A DNA stretch of 64,000 nt from Oscillospiraceae bacterium (GTDB taxonomy: Bacteria; Bacillota; Clostridia; Oscillospirales; CAG-272). This document shows positions 57,927-64,000 of the stretch, piece by piece (positions within the stretch are counted from its first letter, which is position 1; every line of letters begins with the position of its first letter). A program made the position numbers and the translations under genes. The stretch spans positions 4,164-68,163 of the forward strand of contig SVRE01000003.1 of assembly GCA_015065005.1 (NCBI GenBank), in the 5' to 3' direction. The notes below the pieces were generated by a model, which saw only the letters and a list, made by a program, of their open reading frames with translations, did not search any database and was not told the origin of the DNA.

Positions 57927-58151
57927 GTGAACGCAGATGTTGAAAAAAGAGTAGGGCAAAATGTTCGTTCATTGCGAGAAGCTAAGGGGTTTACCCAGGA
58001 GCAGCTTGCTACAAGGCTTCAACTCCGTGGGTGTGATATGACAAGAAGCGCGGTAGCCAAAATCGAGGTGGGACAAAGGCATCTCTACCCGGATGAAATA
58101 ATTTTAATAAAGGAAATTTTAAACGTTAATTACGAAGATATACTAAAATAG
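57927..58151 (+). CDS. XRE-family HTH transcriptional regulator
   Basis: HTH_3 motif (FTQEQLATRLQLRGCDMTRSAVAKIEVGQR). The GTG start at 57927 lies 8 nt after the AGGAGG RBS. Confidence 0.8.
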   Translation: MNADVEKRVGQNVRSLREAKGFTQEQLATRLQLRGCDMTRSAVAKIEVGQRHLYPDEIILIKEILNVNYEDILK

Positions 58152-58152
58152 C

Positions 58153-58180
58153 AAAAGAGCCTCAATCGAGGCTCTTTTTT
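58153..58180. terminator. Bidirectional intrinsic terminator
   Basis: AGAGCCTC / GAGGCTCT stem flanked by A4 and T6. Confidence 0.85.
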
Positions 58181-58194
58181 ACTTTGTTTCGCTA

Positions 58195-58288
58195 ATCATC
58201 ACTTTTGCAGCAAATGCAAAAATATCACTTGTCGTCAATGGACAAATATCACGCGGCAAAGCCGCATATCACAGGATGCATGGCATCC
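58195..58288. repeat. Array of four different hairpins, each preceded by ATATCAC (the first by ATCATCAC)
   Basis: Plus-strand reading: ATCATCAC-TTTTGCAgcaaaTGCAAAA-ATATCAC-TTGTCgtcaatgGACAA-ATATCAC-GCGGCaaaGCCGC-ATATCAC-a-GGATGCatgGCATCC. Confidence 0.7.
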
Positions 58289-58303
58289 ATAATTGACTTG
58301 CTT

Positions 58304-58354
58304 TTAGTGGCTTTGCTCCTTTGCCTTTGTTTCGCAGTATAAGCAACGGTAAAC
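58304..58354 (-). pseudogene. Orphan duplicate of the last 16 codons plus stop of pyrI
   Basis: 49 of 51 nt are identical to 58454-58504. Both differences are synonymous in the pyrI frame. Confidence 0.8.
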
Positions 58355-58453
58355 CATAGCCTCCATCTGAGAGGGAGGGGGACCGCAACGCATTTACTTT
58401 GCTTAGCACAAGGCAAGAAAAGCGGTGGAAGGAGAGAAAAGCAGACCTAACAG

Positions 58454-58882
58454 TTAGTGGCTTTGCTCCTTTGCTTTAGTTTCGCAGTATAAGCAACGGT
58501 AAACTCTGTTTTCCTTGTCTGTCAAGGTAAACACCTGGTCAAGCTCTTGCTCGCAGGATGTGATACAACGCGGATTTTTGCACGCAATTACATTTACCAA
58601 TCTCTCGGGCAGGGAAACGGTTTTCTTTTCTACAATTTTGCCGTCCTTAATAATATTAATTGTTACATCCGGGTCAACGTATCCAAGAATATCAGTATTT
58701 AAGGTGATGTCAGCATCGATTTTGATAATGTCCTTTGTGCCCATTTTTTTGCTATATACATTTTTGCCGATAACAATAGGGCAGTCAAGGCTATCAAGAT
58801 TTAAAAGGGAGTAAAGCTCCATACCGCGGCCTGCGGTAATATGGTCTATAACCATACCGTTTTTAATTGAATCTATATTCAT
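58454..58882 (-). CDS. pyrI: Aspartate carbamoyltransferase regulatory subunit
   Basis: 142 aa with the zinc domain CKNPRCIT...YRCLYCE. It directly follows pyrB. Confidence 0.9.
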   Translation of the reverse strand: MNIDSIKNGMVIDHITAGRGMELYSLLNLDSLDCPIVIGKNVYSKKMGTKDIIKIDADITLNTDILGYVDPDVTINIIKDGKIVEKKTVSLPERLVNVIACKNPRCITSCEQELDQVFTLTDKENRVYRCLYCETKAKEQSH

Positions 58883-58894
58883 AGCCTTACCTCC

Positions 58895-59809
58895 TTAGTT
58901 AATGCCCAAAAGCATCAAAATCAATGCCATACGCATATATTTTCCGTTCAAGGCTTGCTCAAAGTAGCAGGCGCGTGGGTCACTGTCCACCTTAACGCTG
59001 ATTTCGTTTACACGTGGCAGTGGATGCATAATGCAAAGGTCCTTCTTTGCATTGTCTAATTTTGGAAGGTCAAGGATGTAGCTGTCCTTTAAGCGCAGGT
59101 AGTCCTCCTCATTAAAGAAGCGCTCCTTTTGGATTCTTGTCATATAAAGAATATCAAGCTCCGGCATAGCGGTGCACAAATCCTTGGTTTCCACGTATTC
59201 GATTCCGTTTTTGTCAAGCACGTCTGTCTTAACGTAGCTTGGGATTCTTAGCTCCTCAGGGGAGATAAGCACAAATTTAATGCCCTTATATCTTGACATG
59301 GCGGCAATTAAGGAGTGGACGGTACGTCCAAACTTAAGGTCACCGCAAAGACCGATTGTAAGGTTTTCAAATCTACCCTTCTTGCGCTTGATTGTAAGCA
59401 GGTCAGCAAGGGTTTGCGTTGGGTGGTTGTGTCCGCCGTCACCTGCGTTAACCACAGGAATAGTTGCGTTCATAGAAGCAACAAGGGGTGCGCCCTCCTT
59501 GGGGTGACGCATAGCGATAATATCTGCATAGCAGGAAATCATCTTTGCAGTGTCGGCAACGCTTTCACCCTTGGCAGAAGAAGAGCTGGATGCCTCAGAA
59601 AATCCAAGCACATTACCACCAAGCTCGTACATAGCAGCCTCAAAGCTAAGACGGGTACGGGTTGAAGGCTCAAAGAAAAGAGTTGCCAGCTTTTTGCCCT
59701 TGCATTTTTCGCTGTATTTTTGTGGATTGTCAATTATATCAAGAGCTGTGGCAATAAGACCGTCAAGCTCTTCTAAAGAGAGTTCTTTAATATCTATTAA
59801 ACTTCTCAT
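58895..59809 (-). CDS. pyrB: Aspartate carbamoyltransferase catalytic subunit
   Basis: STRTR, HPTQ and HPLPR motifs. The start is set at ATG 59809 after the AAAGGAA RBS. Confidence 0.92.
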   Translation of the reverse strand: MRSLIDIKELSLEELDGLIATALDIIDNPQKYSEKCKGKKLATLFFEPSTRTRLSFEAAMYELGGNVLGFSEASSSSSAKGESVADTAKMISCYADIIAMRHPKEGAPLVASMNATIPVVNAGDGGHNHPTQTLADLLTIKRKKGRFENLTIGLCGDLKFGRTVHSLIAAMSRYKGIKFVLISPEELRIPSYVKTDVLDKNGIEYVETKDLCTAMPELDILYMTRIQKERFFNEEDYLRLKDSYILDLPKLDNAKKDLCIMHPLPRVNEISVKVDSDPRACYFEQALNGKYMRMALILMLLGIN

Positions 59810-59885
59810 TATTTTTCCTTTCATTTTGCATATCACATAGGGCAGACTCGTGAATCGCCCCTACGTTATACGTTTTGCATTTGGA

Positions 59886-60536
59886 TTACGCGCCGTAAAC
59901 CTCAAGATATTTCTTAATTCTTGCAACATTTTCCTCATTTGCGGAATCTGCCTCAAGGTACTCGATAATATCGTAAACGTCAACTACGGAGTAAACAGGG
60001 AAGCCGAACTCTTCCTCAATTTCAACCATAGCGCCCTTTTCGCCCTTGCCCTTTTCTTTTCTGTCAACCATAACAAAGCAAGCGGCAACGCGAATTCCCT
60101 CAACGCTCTTCATAATTTCCATAGTTTCACGGATAGCGGTGCCTGCGGTAATAACGTCCTCAACGATTACAACCTCTTCACCTGCCTGTGGCTTGTAGCC
60201 TACAAATACACCGCCCTCACCATGGTCCTTAACCTCTTTTCTGTTAAAGAAGAATGGGAGGTTGAGTCCGTTTTCAGCAAGTGCAATAGATGTAGCAACT
60301 GCAATTGAAATACCCTTGTATGCAGGACCGTAAAGAGCAGTCTGCTTCTTGCCAACCTTGTCAAGATATGCCTTAGCGTAGAACTGACCAAGCTTGGAAA
60401 TATGCTCACCTGTCTTAATCTCGCCTGCGTTTATAAAATATGGGATTTTTCTACCACTCTTAGCTGTAAAATCACCAAATTTGAGCACTCCTGCGCTCTG
60501 TAAAAATTCAATAAATTCTCTCTTGTATTGTTCCAT
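59886..60536 (-). CDS. pyrE: Orotate phosphoribosyltransferase
   Basis: PRPP-binding motif VVIVEDVITAGTA. The start is set at ATG 60536 after the GGAG RBS. Confidence 0.9.
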   Translation of the reverse strand: MEQYKREFIEFLQSAGVLKFGDFTAKSGRKIPYFINAGEIKTGEHISKLGQFYAKAYLDKVGKKQTALYGPAYKGISIAVATSIALAENGLNLPFFFNRKEVKDHGEGGVFVGYKPQAGEEVVIVEDVITAGTAIRETMEIMKSVEGIRVAACFVMVDRKEKGKGEKGAMVEIEEEFGFPVYSVVDVYDIIEYLEADSANEENVARIKKYLEVYGA

Positions 60537-60555
60537 AATAATCTCCGTATCCAAG

Positions 60556-60944
60556 GCTCCTTTGTAAAGGGAGCTGCCAGCTTTGCTGACTGAGGGATTG
60601 TTTTACCAAGCTATCAATGTGTCGACAAACCCACAAAAAGTTGTCGTGAATCTCATAATTTGGTATTCTCACCACAGTAAGCCCCGGTGACTTAAGATAG
60701 TCAGTTCTTTTTTCGTCGTTTTCGCTTTCTTCTTCGAACCCGTGCTGAAAACCATCAAGCTCTATTACTAAATTTGCCTTTGCGCAATAAAAATCTACAA
60801 TGTAATTTCCTATAACCTTTTGTATTAAAAACTTTATTGGATAAAACTTTAAGCAATCGTACCATAAGTGCTTTTCTTCGGTGTCATATTTTCCCTTAAC
60901 TCTTTAGCTAAGGGAACGATATTTTTGTTATGACTGTATTTCAT
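60556..60944 (-). pseudogene. Frameshifted DUF559 (Vsr-like) endonuclease-domain gene flanked by inverted hairpin repeats
   Basis: Manual translation gives MKYSHNKNIVPLAKELRENMTP, then a frameshift near 60876-60880, then EEKHLWYDCLKFYPIKFLIQKVIGNYIVDFYCAKANLVIELDGFQH...TVVRIPNYEI. The first frame hits a premature stop at 60849-60851. Confidence 0.75.
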
Positions 60945-61067
60945 GTCAAATCCCTCCGTCACCATGCGGGTGCCACCTTCCTTTACAAAGGAGGCTAAAA
61001 ATACTCGCACAAAGCAGGCGCAAAGCACTCGTGTAACTTAAAATTTCATTTCAATGGATTTGTTGGA

Positions 61068-61766
61068 TTAACCAACAAATTCATTTACACATCTTCTGTA
61101 TGCTGCAACAGGGTCACTGGCTGCTGTAATCGGTCTGCCTACTACAATGTAGTCGGAGCCGATTTTCTTTGCTTCCTCAGGTGTCATAACGCGAACCTGG
61201 TCGCCCTTGTCACCGTCTGCAAAGCGAACACCCGGGGTAACTGTTACAAAGTCGCTGCCGCAGGTAGCGTGTACCTTTTCTGCTTCCAAAGGAGAGCATA
61301 CTATACCGGCAAGGCCTGCCTTCTTTGCGTTCATTGCATAGTGCATAACAACCTTGTCCATTGGCTCGTTAATAAGCAAGTCATCTCTCATTCTTTCCTC
61401 ACTTGTAGAGGTAAGCTGTGTAACAGCGATAAGAAGTGGGCGTGTTCCGTCAGGACGGGTCAAGCCCTCAAGTGCTGCCTCCATCATAGCAATAGTACCG
61501 CTTGCGTGTACGTTTGTCATATCAACATCAAGACGTGACAAAACTGCCATAGCCTTTTTAACTGTGTTAGGAATATCGTGAAGCTTAAGGTCTAAGAAAA
61601 TCTTGTGACCTCTTTTCTTAATCTCACGAACGATATCCGGACCCTCCGCATTAAAAAGCTCCATACCGATTTTTACAAATGGCTTTTCATCCTTGAATAA
61701 GTCAAGAAAATCAAAAACCTGCTCCTTGCTTGCAAAATCACAAGCTACAATTACGTCCTTTCCCAT
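61068..61766 (-). CDS. pyrF: Orotidine 5'-phosphate decarboxylase
   Basis: [10 protein letters not shown] and the conserved OMP decarboxylase translation. 232 aa. Confidence 0.92.
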   Translation of the reverse strand: MGKDVIVACDFASKEQVFDFLDLFKDEKPFVKIGMELFNAEGPDIVREIKKRGHKIFLDLKLHDIPNTVKKAMAVLSRLDVDMTNVHASGTIAMMEAALEGLTRPDGTRPLLIAVTQLTSTSEERMRDDLLINEPMDKVVMHYAMNAKKAGLAGIVCSPLEAEKVHATCGSDFVTVTPGVRFADGDKGDQVRVMTPEEAKKIGSDYIVVGRPITAASDPVAAYRRCVNEFVG

Positions 61767-62677
61767 TAGTGTGCTCCTCCTATAATATCCTTTAAATCTT
61801 TTATACCGTATTTTTCCATAACCCTTGGTAAATCCTCAATAATCTTCGGGCAAGCCATCGGGTCAACCAGGTTAGCCGCACCAATTTGAACAGCACTTGC
61901 ACCTGCAAGCATCATTTCAATTACGTCCTCAGCGCTTTCAACTCCGCCGCCGCCAACAATTGGAATTTTAACAGCCTCATAGACCTGGTAAACCATTCTG
62001 ATGGCAACAGGCTTGATTGCAGGGCCGGAAAAACCGCCCATCTTATTTGCAATTACAGGCTTTTTGCTCTTTAAATCTATTCTCATACCGAGAAGAGTGT
62101 TAATTAAGCTGATGCCGTCAGCCCCAGCCTCCTCACACGCCTTGGCAATTGCAACAATGTCAGTTACATTTGGGGATAGCTTAACTATAATAGGCTTGCT
62201 TGTCACTGCCTTAACCGCACGTGTTACCTCAGCCGCTGCCTCGGGGGATGTGCCAAAGGACATTCCGCCGCCGTGCACGTTAGGACAGCTTACATTTACC
62301 TCAAACCAACCAATCTGTGGCTCACTATCAAGCATTTTTACTGTGTAAACATAGTCCTCAACGCTAAATCCGCTTACGTTTGCCATAACAGGCTTGTGGA
62401 AGCACGCCTTCAGCTTTGGAAGCTCATTTTCAATAACCTTGTGAACACCGGGGTTTTGAAGTCCCACGGAGTTTATAAGTCCGTTTTTGCACTCCGCAAT
62501 TCTTGGTGTTGGATTGCCGAAGCGTGGGTCCTTGGTAGTGCCCTTGAAGGAGAAGCTACCAAGCATATTTATGTCATAAATCTCTGCAAATTCGTAGCCG
62601 AAGCCAAAGGTTCCGCTGGCGGGAATCAATGGGTTATCAAGCTCTATTCCGCATAAATCTGTTTTCAAGCTTACCAT
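61766..62677 (-). CDS. pyrD: Dihydroorotate dehydrogenase B, catalytic subunit
   Basis: Class 1B DHODH translation ([19 protein letters not shown]). 1-nt overlap with pyrF. Confidence 0.92.
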   Translation of the reverse strand: MVSLKTDLCGIELDNPLIPASGTFGFGYEFAEIYDINMLGSFSFKGTTKDPRFGNPTPRIAECKNGLINSVGLQNPGVHKVIENELPKLKACFHKPVMANVSGFSVEDYVYTVKMLDSEPQIGWFEVNVSCPNVHGGGMSFGTSPEAAAEVTRAVKAVTSKPIIVKLSPNVTDIVAIAKACEEAGADGISLINTLLGMRIDLKSKKPVIANKMGGFSGPAIKPVAIRMVYQVYEAVKIPIVGGGGVESAEDVIEMMLAGASAVQIGAANLVDPMACPKIIEDLPRVMEKYGIKDLKDIIGGAH

Positions 62678-63399
62678 ATGATTTCCTCCTTTTCAAGAAC
62701 AGGGCCATCCTTGCAGATTCTCTTGTTTCCGTATTTTGTCTTGCAGGAGCAGCCCATACAAGCGCCAAAGCCACAGCCCATACGCTCCTCAAAGGAGAAC
62801 TGACCGCTTGTTGTACTCTTGTTATAAACCGCCTTTAGCATTGGCTCGGGACCGCAGGTGTAGAAATATGTATAATCAACCATTTGGAAGGCGTCCGTTA
62901 CAAAGCCCTTTACCCCATAGCTGCCGTCTGCTGTTGCTACAATTACGTTAGCGCCAAGAGCCTTGAACTCGTTCTCGTAAAATACCTCGTCAGCTGAGTT
63001 GAAGCCTAAAATAACGCTTGGCTTTTTGCCCTGCGCTACAAGCTCACGGCAAAGCTGGTACATAGGTGGCACACCAGCACCACCACCTACAAGCAGTGGC
63101 TTTTCTCCGCTTTTTGAAATATCGTAGCCATTTCCAAGACCTGTAAGGGTAAGTATTTCCTCGCCCTTTTTCATTTCAGCCATTACCTCTGTGCCCTGTC
63201 CCACAACCTTGTATATAAGGGTTAATTCATTCCCCTCAACACAGCAAACAGAAATAGGACGGCGCAGGTAAAAGCCATCTATCTTCAAATTTACAAACTG
63301 ACCGCACTTAATGTCAGCACAGTCACCCAAAAGCACCATTTCGTATGTGTTTTTGGCGATTTTTTTGTTAATTTCAATTGTAAAAATTGTATCTTTCAT
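62671..63399 (-). CDS. pyrK: Dihydroorotate dehydrogenase B, electron-transfer subunit
   Basis: FAD/NAD-binding fold plus the C-terminal 2Fe-2S motif CGFGACMGCSC. The start is set at ATG 63399. Confidence 0.88.
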   Translation of the reverse strand: MKDTIFTIEINKKIAKNTYEMVLLGDCADIKCGQFVNLKIDGFYLRRPISVCCVEGNELTLIYKVVGQGTEVMAEMKKGEEILTLTGLGNGYDISKSGEKPLLVGGGAGVPPMYQLCRELVAQGKKPSVILGFNSADEVFYENEFKALGANVIVATADGSYGVKGFVTDAFQMVDYTYFYTCGPEPMLKAVYNKSTTSGQFSFEERMGCGFGACMGCSCKTKYGNKRICKDGPVLEKEEIIW

Positions 63400-63450
63400 T
63401 ATTTTTACCTTGTGTCTAATGTTAATTTTGCATTTTGAACTTTGCATTTT

Positions 63451-63484
63451 TATCAAGTGGGGCGAGCCTTCGCCCCACTTGATA
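63451..63484. repeat. Perfect 15-bp hairpin between carB and pyrK
   Basis: TATCAAGTGGGGCGA-gcct-TCGCCCCACTTGATA. No U-run follows on the minus strand. Confidence 0.7.
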
Positions 63485-63486
63485 AA

Positions 63487-64000
63487 TCAAGCGTCAATTG
63501 TTGAAATTGTAAGTGTGATTTCCTCAAGTACATCAAGCAAAATTCTTACTGTATCAAGGGATGTAAAGAGAGAAATGTTGTTCTCAATTGCCAAATGTCT
63601 TATCTGGTATCCGTCCTTTTGCTCCTGTGCCGCACCGTCGCTTGTGTTGATAACGTATGCAATGTGGCCCTGGCGCATAGCCTTTGGAATATCAGAAGAG
63701 CCGTCACCAATCTTTTGCTTAATTCTTGTTCTGATACCGTGCTCCTTTAAGTAATTTGCAGTACCCTCGGTTGCCTCAATGTTGAAGCCAAGGTTGTAGA
63801 AACGGCGGATAAGCGGGAGCGCCTCCTCCTTATCGTTGTCAGCAACGGTTACAAGAACTGTACCGTAGTTTTGTACCTGCATACCGGAGGCTTGCAGAGC
63901 CTTGTAGAACGCACGGTTCAAGGTGTCATCATAACCGATAGCCTCACCTGTGGACTTCATTTCCGGGCTCAGGTAAGCGTCAATTCCGCTGATTTTCTTG
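63487..64000 (-). CDS. carB: Carbamoyl-phosphate synthase large subunit, C-terminal (MGS-like) part; 5' end lies beyond the window
   Basis: The translation KSTGEAIGYD...VLVTVADNDKEEA...NLGFNIEATEGTANYL matches the CarB allosteric domain. The frame is open to the window edge. Confidence 0.88.
   Translation of the reverse strand, partial: KKISGIDAYLSPEMKSTGEAIGYDDTLNRAFYKALQASGMQVQNYGTVLVTVADNDKEEALPLIRRFYNLGFNIEATEGTANYLKEHGIRTRIKQKIGDGSSDIPKAMRQGHIAYVINTSDGAAQEQKDGYQIRHLAIENNISLFTSLDTVRILLDVLEEITLTISTIDA

Noticed and set aside
58304-58366. 20-codon ORF (MEAMVYRCLYCETKAKEQSH) created by the duplicated pyrI end
   Set aside because: It has no RBS upstream. The frame is fully explained as a remnant of pyrI.
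59844-59872. GGGCAGACTCGTGAATCGCCCCTACG string between pyrB and pyrE, considered as a possible regulatory hairpin or PyrR site
   Set aside because: Only a 4-bp stem can form. There is no resemblance to the PyrR binding loop (ARUCCAGAGAGGYU). It is probably a fragment of a dispersed intergenic repeat, and the evidence is too weak to report as a feature.
59850-60308. 152-aa plus-strand ORF antisense to pyrE, and the many other 60-170 aa ORFs antisense to or nested in long genes (for example 10494-11009, 15671-16129, 26312-26827, 38861-39247, 48678-49154)
   Set aside because: They lie entirely within confidently identified genes on the opposite strand or in another frame. They lack RBSs and translate to low-complexity sequence. 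They are shadow ORFs.
1-64000. CRISPR arrays, rRNA/tRNA genes, intact transposases or integrases, restriction-modification or other recognisable defence systems
   Set aside because: I scanned the intergenic regions and ORF translations. I found no regularly spaced direct repeats, no rRNA or tRNA signatures, and no DDE, serine or tyrosine recombinase motifs. The only mobile-like item is the decayed DUF559 cassette.

Overview
This is a 64 kb chromosomal segment from a low-GC, spore-forming Firmicute that looks like a gut Clostridia. Most of it is tightly packed core genes.

Recognisable core genes:
- lepA-hemW, degV-yloV, pyk, rnj, efp, tcdA and clpC.
- A spoVAC-AD-AE operon, spoVB, and SleB/SleC-like cortex hydrolases.
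- queT behind a preQ1-I riboswitch.
- Two heterodimeric ABC exporter pairs.
- GH95 and GH38 glycosidases.
- A minus-strand pyrimidine operon (carB'-pyrK-pyrD-pyrF-pyrE-pyrB-pyrI).

Regions that stand out:
1. 53.85-54.33 kb: about 475 nt with no credible ORF. It is densely structured, has its own consensus promoter and terminator, and is divergent from an XRE regulator. I treat it as a candidate large ncRNA of unrecognised class.
2. 58.2-58.5 kb, downstream of pyrI: an array of four unrelated hairpins, each preceded by ATATCAC (ATCATCAC before the first). Next to it is a 51-nt duplicate of the pyrI 3' end that differs only at synonymous sites.
3. 0-5.8 kb: an Aas/LplT-like lipid-remodelling operon with its own ACP and an unusual LRAT-PPTase fusion.
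4. A frameshifted DUF559 endonuclease cassette inserted between pyrF and pyrE.
5. A protein carrying a 37-residue tract made only of Cys, Asp and Glu.
6. An unannotated 57-codon ORF behind a secreted LRR protein.

No CRISPR array, rRNA, tRNA or intact transposase was seen. All functional calls come from reading motifs in the supplied translations; no database search was run.
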